The position numbers and the translations under genes were made by a program. Positions 9,217-18,286 of a DNA stretch of 64,000 bases are shown here, piece by piece. The DNA is from Syntrophomonadaceae bacterium (lineage in GTDB: Bacteria; Bacillota; Dethiobacteria; DTU022). Position 1 is the first letter of the stretch; every line of letters begins with the position of its first letter. The stretch spans positions 2,098 through 66,097 of the forward strand of contig SKMK01000042.1 of assembly GCA_007121075.1 (NCBI GenBank), read 5' to 3'. A model generated the notes under the pieces. It ran no database searches, was not told the origin of the DNA, and was given only the letters and a program-made list of their open reading frames with translations.

Positions 9217-10272
9217 TTGAACCCTTCTGAAATACAATGGAGCTTTGCTGTTAGGCTTATAACCCTGCTCATAGTCCTGGGCGGGGCAGTTTTATTGCTG
9301 CACAGTATTTCCTGGGTCGTTGGACTGCTCCTGGTAAGCACTCTGATCGTTTATATCTTCTATCCACTGCTGGTTTTTCTAAAAAAACGTTTTAACATTA
9401 AACATGGTCCTGCCACAGGACTGGTTTTTTTAACTTTCTTGTTCTGTTGTGCTTTTATTGTCAGCCTGCTTGTCCCGGTTATTTATTTTGAAGCCACTGA
9501 GCTTGCAGAAAGATTTCCCCATTACATGACCCTGTTTCAGGAATATATCTCCTGGTTATCCCAGCAGATCATAATTTTTGAGGTTGAAGAGGAGGTAAGA
9601 GATTATCTGATAGGGCTATCAGATAATATTTACCAGGGGGTCGAATATCTTGCTGAAGCATCTCTTCAACTCATATCCGGAGCCGTTGATTTCTTTTTGA
9701 TTCTTTTTATAGTTTTTTATTTGCTTTTTGATTTCCACCTGATCAGGGAGCAATTTATTGACATTGTTCCCGTCAAACAAAGGCCCCTGGTAAAAGAGCT
9801 GCTCGGTGTTCTGGATTCAAATGTAGGTATATTTATCAGGGGCTCTTTGATACGCTGCTTCGCTGTGGGAGTCATAACCAGTATTGTATTGTTAATTATT
9901 GGCATGCCGTATGCCATGTTGCTGGGTTTAATTGCCGGCATCTTTAATTTTATTCTCTACATCGGCCCTTATATCGCTGCTGTTCCGGCCTTGCTGCTCA
10001 GCTTTTCCCCTTTGACTCCTTCACCGCTCCTGGTTATTGTCATTTATATTGCCATTCAAGCCCTTGACGGCATGTTTCTGGCCCCGGTTGTTCTGGGTAA
10101 GGTAATAAAGCTTCGCCCGATTACCATTATCGTTTCTATTCTGGCCGGTGGGAGCCTGGCCGGCCTGCTGGGTATGATCCTCGCTGTTCCTGTTGCCGGA
10201 ACCCTGAGGGGAGTTTTAGAAATAATTAAAAGAAACCCGGCCTACCAGGAAGATTCTGAAGCTAATTATTAA
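9217..10272 (+). CDS. AI-2E family transporter (UPF0118/PerM/YhhT-like membrane protein)
   Basis: 351 aa with about 8 TM segments and the C-terminal conserved ...AVPVAGTLRGVLE motif typical of the AI-2E family. It has a TTG start. Confidence 0.7.
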   Translation: MNPSEIQWSFAVRLITLLIVLGGAVLLLHSISWVVGLLLVSTLIVYIFYPLLVFLKKRFNIKHGPATGLVFLTFLFCCAFIVSLLVPVIYFEATELAERFPHYMTLFQEYISWLSQQIIIFEVEEEVRDYLIGLSDNIYQGVEYLAEASLQLISGAVDFFLILFIVFYLLFDFHLIREQFIDIVPVKQRPLVKELLGVLDSNVGIFIRGSLIRCFAVGVITSIVLLIIGMPYAMLLGLIAGIFNFILYIGPYIAAVPALLLSFSPLTPSPLLVIVIYIAIQALDGMFLAPVVLGKVIKLRPITIIVSILAGGSLAGLLGMILAVPVAGTLRGVLEIIKRNPAYQEDSEANY

Positions 10273-10429
10273 GATGGGGTTCACCCGGCAGCGGGTATAT
10301 ACAATGATGCTGGTTTTTAACCAGGTTAATCCGATTCTAGCTTGCCTTGCCTTGTTACTTATGCTATTATGTTCCAGGCAAATCCCTGCTCCTATAAGGG
10401 GCCGTAAGTCCAGAGGGAGGTGATATTGA

Positions 10430-10927
10430 ATGGGACTTTATGAAATTATGTTCATTATCCGTCCTGAGATGGAGACGGAAGAACATGAAGAAGTGCTGAA
10501 TGGTTTAAAAAACACCATCACCGGGAACGGTGGAACAGTCGACAAGTTTGTTGACTGGCGCAAGCGCCGGCTTGCTTACGAAATCGAAGATCACGTAGAA
10601 GGCCACTATTACCTGGTTTACTTCAATGGGCATGGCATCATTATTCCAGAGATAGAACACTTTTTTAAAGTTAATGATGCGATTTTCCGCTTCCTGGTTG
10701 TCCGTGTTGAAGAGGACTACTATGAAGCTGCTATTGCAGAAGAGCCTGCAGCAGAAGAGGAGATTACAGCGCCGGTTGAGCCTGAAGAAGAGGGTGAGCC
10801 GGCAGCCCCTGCCGTTGATGCCGATCAGGAGCCTGAGCAGTCAGAAACTGCTGCAGAACCTTCAGATTCTGAAGAAACTGGTAACACTGAAGAAGAACAG
10901 CCGGCTAAAGAGGCTGATAAAGAGTAA
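10430..10927 (+). CDS. rpsF: 30S ribosomal protein S6 with long acidic C-terminal extension
   Basis: The N-terminus [22 protein letters not shown] is typical of S6. About 70 residues of E/A/P-rich tail follow. The gene heads the rpsF-ssb-rpsR operon. Confidence 0.85.
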   Translation: MGLYEIMFIIRPEMETEEHEEVLNGLKNTITGNGGTVDKFVDWRKRRLAYEIEDHVEGHYYLVYFNGHGIIIPEIEHFFKVNDAIFRFLVVRVEEDYYEAAIAEEPAAEEEITAPVEPEEEGEPAAPAVDADQEPEQSETAAEPSDSEETGNTEEEQPAKEADKE

Positions 10928-10947
10928 AACCGGGAGGTCTGTCGAAC

Positions 10948-11355
10948 ATGTTGAACCAGGTTGTGTTGATCGGTCGTTTAACCCATGATCCTGAGCTGCG
11001 GTACACAGCCGGCAGTGGAGTGCCGGTTACAACTTTTACCCTTGCCGTTGATCGTCCGTTTACCAACCAGCAGGGCGAGAGAGAAGCAGACTTTATTAAA
11101 ATTGTGACCTGGCGCAAACAGGCCGAAAATTGCGCCAACTACCTTAAAAAAGGCAGCCAATGTGCTGTTAGCGGGCGTTTACAAATTCGCTCTTTTGATG
11201 ATAGCCAGGGTGTAAGACGTAAAGTAGCCGAAGTTGTAGCTAATGATGTTCGTTTCCTGGATCGGCCCCGCAGTTCTGAACAGTCTGGCCAGGAGGAAGT
11301 TTCCGGTGGAGATGTTGATGACCTGGAGATCAGTGGAGACGACGTTCCTTTTTAG
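10948..11355 (+). CDS. ssb: Single-stranded DNA-binding protein
   Basis: An OB-fold N-terminus ([20 protein letters not shown]) and the acidic tail ending DDVPF. Confidence 0.9.
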   Translation: MLNQVVLIGRLTHDPELRYTAGSGVPVTTFTLAVDRPFTNQQGEREADFIKIVTWRKQAENCANYLKKGSQCAVSGRLQIRSFDDSQGVRRKVAEVVANDVRFLDRPRSSEQSGQEEVSGGDVDDLEISGDDVPF

Positions 11356-11373
11356 TGGAAGGAGGGTGATTAG

Positions 11374-11604
11374 ATGAGGCGTGATCGAGGAAGAAAGCCG
11401 AAAAAAAAGATCTGCAGCTTTTGTGTAGATAAAGTTGAGAACATAGATTACAAGGAATATGACAAGCTAAAACGGTTTATGACTGAAAGAGGGAAAGTGC
11501 TTCCGCGTCGTATTTCTGGCAATTGTGCCAGGCACCAGCGACAGTTGACCAGGGCAATAAAAAGGGCCAGAATTATGGCTTTGCTGCCTTATACCACAGA
11601 GTAA
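11374..11604 (+). CDS. rpsR: 30S ribosomal protein S18
   Basis: 76 aa containing ...CSFC...[28 protein letters not shown]. Confidence 0.9.
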   Translation: MRRDRGRKPKKKICSFCVDKVENIDYKEYDKLKRFMTERGKVLPRRISGNCARHQRQLTRAIKRARIMALLPYTTE

Positions 11605-11624
11605 TGCCAAGACAATTGGTTTCA

Positions 11625-11667
11625 GACGGTGCCGGGACTTGATCCGGGCACCGTCGTTTTTATTTTA
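11625..11667 (+). terminator. Rho-independent terminator after rpsR
   Basis: The stem gacggtgccggg/cccggcaccgtc has one mismatch and is followed by gtttttatttt. Confidence 0.6.
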
Positions 11668-11832
11668 AGTGCAAATGTGCAGGAGTAGCCATGTAAGGGG
11701 AGAATTTATTAGCCAGGGTTACAATATAATTAAATCCCGGGTTTCGCCTGGAATGAGTGAACAGGAGAAGCGGCTGAATGCAGGCAAATAAGAGGGCTGC
11801 TGACTCGTAAGGGCGGAAAGGAGTGATTGGTG

Positions 11833-12279
11833 ATGCAAATAATACTGCAGCAAGATGTTCCAAATCTTGGTAAAAAAGGGGACTTGAAGGACGTGGCACC
11901 CGGCTATGCGCGAAACCTTCTAATTCCCAGGGGGATGGCTTTAGAGGCAACCCCGCAGAGGATTCGAGAGTGGAAGAAGCGGCAGGAAAAAGAAGAAATG
12001 CTTAACCGGCAGCAGGAAGAGCAAGCCCGGAACCAAGCGGAAAAATTAAAGGAAGTAGAACTGGTGATCAAAATGCCTGCCGGTGATGGTGGACGCCTCT
12101 TTGGTTCGGTGACTCCGGCCGATATTGCCGGTAAATTATCTGAAATTGGCTTTGATGTAGATAAAAAAGATATCGAAGTTGACGGACCCATCAAGAGCCT
12201 GGGCAGCCATATTGTATCCTTGAAGCTGCATCCCGGTATCAAAGCCGAGATTTCCATAAAAGTGGAACAAGAGGCTTAA
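11833..12279 (+). CDS. rplI: 50S ribosomal protein L9
   Basis: MQIILQQDVPNLGKKGDLKDVAPGYARNLLIPRGMA is the L9 N-domain. The ATG at 11833 is 12 nt after aggag. Confidence 0.85.
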   Translation: MQIILQQDVPNLGKKGDLKDVAPGYARNLLIPRGMALEATPQRIREWKKRQEKEEMLNRQQEEQARNQAEKLKEVELVIKMPAGDGGRLFGSVTPADIAGKLSEIGFDVDKKDIEVDGPIKSLGSHIVSLKLHPGIKAEISIKVEQEA

Positions 12280-12305
12280 TATCCGCTAAAAGGAGGCAGT
12301 TCCGA

Positions 12306-13652
12306 TTGGCTGTTATCAGTGATAGGGTGCCGCCACAAAGCAAAGAAGCCGAGCAATCAGTGCTCGGATCGATGGTGCTCGATAAAGAAGCGATTTTTGC
12401 TGCGGCTGAACTTTTGGTGGAACAGGATTTTTACAGCACCGCCCATCAAAAAATCTTTTCTGGCATTATATCTTTAAGTGAAAAGGGAGAACCGGTTGAC
12501 CTGGTTACTTTATCAGAAGAACTTCAGAGCAACCAGTGTCTTGAAGAGGTCGGCGGGCGTTCGTACCTGGTTACCCTGGCCAACTCGGTCCCAACGGCGG
12601 CAAACGTACAGTACCACTCGCAGATTGTCAGGGAAAAGTCAATTCTGCGCTCCCTGATTCAAGCGGCGACTGAAATTGTTTCCCGCAGTTTTGAATCACC
12701 GCATAATGTCGATGAATTTTTAGATGAGGCGGAAAGGTTAATATTTGAAATAGGAAGCCGGGGGAAACACCAGGGTTTTGCTCCTTTAAAAGATGTGCTG
12801 GTACAAACATTCGATCGGATCGAAAAGTTATATGATGAAAAAAAAGGAGTTACCGGCCTCCCCACTGGTTTTGCCGACCTGGACCGGATGTGTTTTGGCC
12901 TCCAGGATTCCGATCTGATAATTGTGGCGGCCCGCCCCAGTATGGGGAAAACTACACTTGCCCTGAATATTGCCCAGCAAATTGCAGTCAAAGATAAAAG
13001 GCCAACTGCTTTTTTCAGCATGGAAATGTCCAGGGAACAGCTGGCCCAGCGCCTGCTCTGTGCCGAGGCACAGATTGATGCCCAAAATATGCGCAGGGGC
13101 TTTTTGTCCCAGGACGAATGGCAGAAGTTGACCAGGGCGGTGGGGCCGCTTAGCGAATCACCACTTTATATAGATGACAGTGCTTCCCTGTCTGTCATGG
13201 AAGTTAGGGCAAAAGCAAGGAGGCTTAAAGCAGAGAAAGGGTTAAATGCTATTTTTGTTGACTACCTTCAGTTGATGCGTGGCTTTAGCCGTTCTGAAAG
13301 CCGACAGCAAGAACTTTCCGAGATCTCAAGGGCGCTGAAAGGCCTGGCCAAAGAACTAAACGTTCCGGTCCTTGCTCTTTCCCAGCTCAGCAGGGCCGTG
13401 GAAAAAAGGCCCGATCGTCGTCCTATTCTCAGTGATTTAATGGAATCGGGCGGTATCGAAGCAAATGCGGATGTGGTTATGTTCATTTACCGGGAGGCAT
13501 ACTATAACAAGGAATCCGATAAAGGAAATATTGCCGAGATCAGTATAGCCAAGCAGCGCAATGGACCGACCGGCCTGGTCGAGCTATATTTCCTTGACCG
13601 GTATACCAAATTTGCCAATATTGCCAGGGAGCCGTCCGATCAAGAAGGGTGA
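12306..13652 (+). CDS. dnaB: Replicative DNA helicase (DnaB family; DnaC of Bacillus)
   Basis: 448 aa with the N-terminal PPQSKEAEQSVLGSM, Walker A ARPSMGKTTLAL, and an RecA-like C-domain. It has a TTG start. Confidence 0.9.
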   Translation: MAVISDRVPPQSKEAEQSVLGSMVLDKEAIFAAAELLVEQDFYSTAHQKIFSGIISLSEKGEPVDLVTLSEELQSNQCLEEVGGRSYLVTLANSVPTAANVQYHSQIVREKSILRSLIQAATEIVSRSFESPHNVDEFLDEAERLIFEIGSRGKHQGFAPLKDVLVQTFDRIEKLYDEKKGVTGLPTGFADLDRMCFGLQDSDLIIVAARPSMGKTTLALNIAQQIAVKDKRPTAFFSMEMSREQLAQRLLCAEAQIDAQNMRRGFLSQDEWQKLTRAVGPLSESPLYIDDSASLSVMEVRAKARRLKAEKGLNAIFVDYLQLMRGFSRSESRQQELSEISRALKGLAKELNVPVLALSQLSRAVEKRPDRRPILSDLMESGGIEANADVVMFIYREAYYNKESDKGNIAEISIAKQRNGPTGLVELYFLDRYTKFANIAREPSDQEG

Positions 13653-13657
13653 AATTC

Positions 13658-15055
13658 ATGAATTCTGCCAACAGTTATGATGTCATTATAATCGGAGCCG
13701 GCCCGGCCGGCATTTTTGCGGCCATGGAGTTAACTTCAAATAGCGATGCCAGGGTTTTGATCATTGACAAAGGAGCCCCCCTGGAGAAGCGCAGCTGTAA
13801 AACCCAGATGGAATATGGTCGCTGCCTGCGCTGTGATCCCTGTGCCATAACTTGCGGATGGGGGGGAGCCGGTGCTTTCAGCGACGGTAAATTAACCTTG
13901 ACTCCGGCATTTGGGGGCCATTTAGAAGAATTTCTTGATCGAGAAGTGGTAGAAAAACTGATTGATGAAGTTGACCGGATTTACCTTTCTTTTGGGGCAA
14001 CAGATCAAGTATTTGGTACGGACATCGAAGCGGTAAAAAAAATGGAACGACTATCTGCGGCAGCGGGGCTCAGTCTGATCCCGGCGAAAATAAGGCACCT
14101 GGGCACCGATAATTGTTATGGTGTTCTTGAAAAAATGCAGGAGGCCTTAAAAGATCGGACTGATATTAAGATGAACACCACCGCGGAGGAACTGCTTTGT
14201 GCAAACGGAGTTATCAGTGGAGTTAAGCTGGCTTCCGGTGAGGAAGTTTATGCTGATTATATTATCTGCGGGCCCGGCAGGGTCGGAGCTGGTTGGATTT
14301 ACCGCCAGGCAAATAAACTGGGCTTAAAGGGTATCAACAACCCGGTTGATATCGGTGTCCGGGTGGAAGTTCCGGCGGTGATCATGGAAGAACTCACTTC
14401 GAAAATTTATGAATCAAAACTGGTTTATTTCACCAGCCACTTTGATGATCGGATTCGCACTTTCTGTATGAACCCATACGGAGTCGTAGTTACAGAAAAT
14501 AATGAAGGGCTGCTTACTGTAAACGGCCATAGCTTTGCCAATACAAAAACTGACAACACCAATTTCGCTTTGCTGGTCAGCAAGACTTTTACCGAACCTT
14601 TTTCTGAACCAATCAGGTATGGCCGATATATTGCCAGTCTGGCCAACATGCTAGGAGATGGAGTGATCATACAGCGGCTCGGGGACTTGCTGAAGGGTCG
14701 GAGGTCTACTCCGGAGCGAATTAAACGCGGGCTGGTCCAACCCACCCTGAAAGAGGCTACGCCGGGTGATTTAAGTTTGGTCCTGCCTTACCGCTACTTG
14801 CTGGCAATAATGGAGATGCTCGAGGTCCTGGACAAGGTGGCTCCCGGCGTGAATTCCCGCCATACCCTTTTATATGGAGTGGAAGTTAAATTTTATTCTT
14901 TCAGGCTTTGCTTGAGCCGGCAGCTGGAAACAAGGATAAGAAATCTTTTTGCAGTTGGTGACGGCGCCGGTATAACCAGGGGCCTGATTCAAGCTTCAGC
15001 AACAGGAGTACTTGCCGGACGTGAAATACTTGACAGGATGAAAGATCAAGAATGA
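13658..15055 (+). CDS. FAD-dependent protein (COG2509-like) with CX2CX2CX3C cysteine cluster
   Basis: A Rossmann dinucleotide motif (DVIIIGAGPAG) at the N-terminus is followed by the cysteine cluster CLRCDPCAITC. The start overlaps the dnaB stop. Confidence 0.65.
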   Translation: MNSANSYDVIIIGAGPAGIFAAMELTSNSDARVLIIDKGAPLEKRSCKTQMEYGRCLRCDPCAITCGWGGAGAFSDGKLTLTPAFGGHLEEFLDREVVEKLIDEVDRIYLSFGATDQVFGTDIEAVKKMERLSAAAGLSLIPAKIRHLGTDNCYGVLEKMQEALKDRTDIKMNTTAEELLCANGVISGVKLASGEEVYADYIICGPGRVGAGWIYRQANKLGLKGINNPVDIGVRVEVPAVIMEELTSKIYESKLVYFTSHFDDRIRTFCMNPYGVVVTENNEGLLTVNGHSFANTKTDNTNFALLVSKTFTEPFSEPIRYGRYIASLANMLGDGVIIQRLGDLLKGRRSTPERIKRGLVQPTLKEATPGDLSLVLPYRYLLAIMEMLEVLDKVAPGVNSRHTLLYGVEVKFYSFRLCLSRQLETRIRNLFAVGDGAGITRGLIQASATGVLAGREILDRMKDQE

Positions 15056-15321
15056 TTTGTGCCGGCAATATTATGCAGAAGGATTAGTTACATTAGTGTC
15101 GAATTTTATATTTTAATTGTTGCTTATTTTAAAGGGGCGTCGATTGCTATTTTTGTTTAGAAAACTTAGCACCACAGGCCTGGCATCTTAGAAAGGAACA
15201 ATCAAATGAAACCCGGGTCAGTAAAAATTGTGCCCGCGGGTAAAAGACCTAAACTTAAGAACCAGCCAGGACTATTTCAAGCTGTTAATATAAACATAAA
15301 ATTCATTGTCTCGAGGATTAG

Positions 15322-15642
15322 AGTCGGCAGGTTAAAAGCGTCATCTTTCGTCGAGGCCTTTACATTAATCCTTATTGTTGCCCTGGTTATGCAAGCTTAC
15401 ATGAGCAGTTACTAATCCTTTATCACGGCAGGTACTGGAACCTCTATCTGCATAACCATATCAATCATGTTGACAGCGGCGATAAAGTAAACCAGGGAGA
15501 TGTAATTGCCGAAGTCGGTTCCACGGGACGATCAACCGGATCACACCTCCATTTTGAAGTAAGGCGCGATGACGGCAGTGGAGAATGGCATGCCTGCTAC
15601 CAGCATAAACCTGTAGATCCCCTCAAACTTTTCAGGCCTTAA
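15322..15642 (+). pseudogene. N-terminally truncated M23 peptidase remnant
   Basis: The frame with no ATG translates to ...LILYHGRYWNLYLHNHINHVDSGDKVNQGDVIAEVGSTGRSTGSHLHFEVRRDDGSGEWHACYQHKPVDPLKLFRP*. This is the C-terminal half of an M23 domain (the GSTGxSTGxHLHFE motif). The upstream HxxxD half is missing and a stop lies at 15319. Confidence 0.5.
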
Positions 15643-15771
15643 AAGACACTTGCAAATAAATGTATAATCGTGGTTTACTAAATGAGGCGGCAGGTGGTTT
15701 ATGACCCGCATCTTTTTTAGTCAATATAATATAATATAATGAAGGGTTTTAGATAAATAACGCGAAGTTTT

Positions 15772-16494
15772 ATGTTTACTAAAAACGGGGTGGTCAATGT
15801 GGCTGATACAATCCTGGTAGTAGATGATGAAAAGCCTATAGTGGAAATACTTCAGTATAACCTGGAGAAAGAAGGGTATAATGTATTAACCGCATATGAC
15901 GGGGAAGAGGCCCTTAACCTGGTGGAAAAGGAAACTCCAAGTTTGATAGTATTAGATATTATGCTGCCTCAAAAAGACGGGTTTACTGTATGTCGCGAAA
16001 TACGGTCCAAATGGGACATCCCTATAATTATGTTAACAGCCAAGGAAATGGAAATGGACAAGGTTCTGGGCCTTGAACTGGGGGCGGATGATTATGTTAC
16101 AAAGCCGTTCAGCGCCCGTGAGGTTACTGCAAGAGTCAAGGCCTTGTTGCGCCGCAGTAAGCTGGAAGAACGTCATCCGGGAGATAGCAAAAACAAGATT
16201 AAAGTGGGTTCAATAGTAGTAGATCAAAACGAGATGCAGGTTTATAATTTAGGAAAACCCATAGAATTAACCCTGCGCGAGTACAACCTTTTACTTTATC
16301 TGATCATGAAACCGGGTTTTGTTTTCAGCAGGGAACAGCTTTTAGATCAAGTCTGGGGTTATGATTATATTGGAGACGATCGGACCGTAGATGTAACTAT
16401 CAGGCGGCTTCGTGAAAAACTTGAACAGGATCCCGCCCACCCGAAGTATATTAAAACAAAAAGGGGCGTTGGTTATTATTTTAGGCCGCTTTAA
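15772..16494 (+). CDS. walR: OmpR-family response regulator, WalR/YycF-like
   Basis: A receiver domain (ILVVDDEKPI...LDIMLP...D) is followed by a winged-helix output domain ending GVGYYFRPL. A walK-yycH-yycI cassette follows it. Confidence 0.8.
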   Translation: MFTKNGVVNVADTILVVDDEKPIVEILQYNLEKEGYNVLTAYDGEEALNLVEKETPSLIVLDIMLPQKDGFTVCREIRSKWDIPIIMLTAKEMEMDKVLGLELGADDYVTKPFSAREVTARVKALLRRSKLEERHPGDSKNKIKVGSIVVDQNEMQVYNLGKPIELTLREYNLLLYLIMKPGFVFSREQLLDQVWGYDYIGDDRTVDVTIRRLREKLEQDPAHPKYIKTKRGVGYYFRPL

Positions 16495-18286
16495 CTTTTT
16501 TAACAGCCTCCAGTGGAAAATAATTTTTATTTACCTCACCTTAATTCTTTTTTCTCTTCAATTAATCAGCGTCTACCTGGTCCAATCCCTGGAGCAATAC
16601 TATTTGAGCAACTACAAGGATAACCTGGAAAACCAGGCCCGGTTGCTTTCGGCTTTTATTAAACCCGGCTTTGGTGAAGGGGAGGAGTGGGCGGAAGACA
16701 CTGTCCGTTTGGCCCGGGAGTTCAGAGATTTACATGAAATGGAAATTATCGTCCTCGATAACTATGCCCAGATTGTGGGAACTTCCGGCAGTCAGGCTAA
16801 TGTGGGACGCCGATTAATCCGGGATGAAATAACCCGGGCCCTTGCCGGCACCCTCAGCGACAATATGCGCTATGATCCGGTGAATGAAGAAAGACGTTAT
16901 TATATGGCTTATCCGATCGAAAATAATCAGCGGATAATCGGGATTATTTATTTAAGCGGCTCATTGAGATCAGTAGATGAAACTTTGAGCGAAGTAAAAA
17001 CAATCCTCCTCAGCGGGGTGGGTCTGGCCCTGGCTGTAAGTTTTTTACTGGGGATTGTTTTGACAAGGACAATTACTCTACCGATCAAGGAAGTGACCGG
17101 TCAAGCTCATGAAATGGCCGGAGGTGACTTTTCCCGTAAAATTAAAGTTCAAACTTCCGATGAAATTGGAGAGCTCGGGGAGACCTTTAATTACCTGGCA
17201 GAACGCCTCAGCCATACTATAGATGAAATGTCAACCGAAAAGAACAAGGTGGAAGCGATTATTAATAATATGAGTGAAGGGGTGGCCGCCCTTAACGGCA
17301 AAGGGCAACTAATCCAAATAAACCCTTCCGCCCGTCGACTAATAAAGCACCTTAACCTGAAGGTGCCGGCATTAAACCGTTCCGGGTTTGGCCTGCTGCG
17401 AAGCCTGATCGGTTCAGAAGCCACCCGCCGCTTTGTCAGGAAACAAGAACCACTTACAGCTGAGATATCCAGCCAGGATCCGGCTAGTACCATGCAGGTG
17501 AAAATTGCTCCTTTTAAAGTTGATAAAGGCAAGCTTGACGGGACCCTGATCGTACTTCACGATATTACCAGGGAAAGAGAACTGACCCGACGGCAAGAAG
17601 AGTTTGTGGCTGATGTATCTCATGAGCTCAGGACTCCCCTGGCAACGGTAAAAAGTTATGTGGAAACATTGCTGGATGGCGCGGCTGAAGATCCCCAGGC
17701 ACGCACACGGTTTTTAAATGTTCTGGCCAAAGAAACAGAGAGGATGGTCAGCATGGTTAAAGATTTGCTGGTTTTATCCCAGATGGACTCAAACCGGGTG
17801 GACTGGAAAAAAACTGAGGTGGATCTCAGAAGCACGGCCCTTGAAGCTGCCGGGCAGGCCAGGCAAAAACTTAGAGGCGAACTGCCTGCTGTTAATGTAA
17901 TGATAGAACCCGATTTTCCAAAAGCCTTTGCGGATCGGGACAAGATGATGAGAGTATTTATTAACCTGCTAAATAACGCCCTTAAATATACTCCGCCTGA
18001 TGGTAAAGTAAGAGTTAGCGCCATAGAACAGGATCATTACATCAAAGTCTCCATTGAAGATAACGGCAGCGGTATAAGCGAAGAAGAGCTGCCCCGTATA
18101 TTTGAAAGGTTCTACAGGGTTGAAAAGACTCGAAGCCGGGACTTTGGCGGGACCGGTCTTGGCCTGTCCATAGCCCGTAAAATAATCGAGGCCCATGGTG
18201 GCAAAATATGGATAGACAGTGCGCCTGGAGCAGGAACAAAAGTCTCTTTTACCATGCCTGGAATTTCAGGAGAGGGAGTTGAATGA
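16469..18286 (+). CDS. walK: Sensor histidine kinase, WalK/YycG-like (2 TM, extracytoplasmic loop, HAMP, PAS, HisKA, HATPase)
   Basis: The TTG at 16469 is preceded by aaagggg and gives the N-terminus (M)VIILGRFNFFNSLQWKIIFIY, as in WalK. The H-box HELRTPL and a G1/G2 ATPase region are present. The gene overlaps walR by 26 nt. The track start at 16412 lies inside walR and was rejected. Confidence 0.8.
   Translation: MVIILGRFNFFNSLQWKIIFIYLTLILFSLQLISVYLVQSLEQYYLSNYKDNLENQARLLSAFIKPGFGEGEEWAEDTVRLAREFRDLHEMEIIVLDNYAQIVGTSGSQANVGRRLIRDEITRALAGTLSDNMRYDPVNEERRYYMAYPIENNQRIIGIIYLSGSLRSVDETLSEVKTILLSGVGLALAVSFLLGIVLTRTITLPIKEVTGQAHEMAGGDFSRKIKVQTSDEIGELGETFNYLAERLSHTIDEMSTEKNKVEAIINNMSEGVAALNGKGQLIQINPSARRLIKHLNLKVPALNRSGFGLLRSLIGSEATRRFVRKQEPLTAEISSQDPASTMQVKIAPFKVDKGKLDGTLIVLHDITRERELTRRQEEFVADVSHELRTPLATVKSYVETLLDGAAEDPQARTRFLNVLAKETERMVSMVKDLLVLSQMDSNRVDWKKTEVDLRSTALEAAGQARQKLRGELPAVNVMIEPDFPKAFADRDKMMRVFINLLNNALKYTPPDGKVRVSAIEQDHYIKVSIEDNGSGISEEELPRIFERFYRVEKTRSRDFGGTGLGLSIARKIIEAHGGKIWIDSAPGAGTKVSFTMPGISGEGVE

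Noticed and set aside
15206-15415. 69-aa ORF with a fair RBS upstream of the M23 remnant
   Set aside because: It has no recognisable family and low-complexity hydrophobic composition, and it sits in a decayed region. It may be the remains of the upstream part of the dead peptidase gene in another frame. I did not call it as a CDS.
16412-16468. Track-proposed start of the histidine kinase inside walR
   Set aside because: There is no ATG for a long stretch. The TTG at 16469 with an upstream aaagggg gives the WalK-like N-terminus, and the first 57 nt would overlap walR coding sequence.
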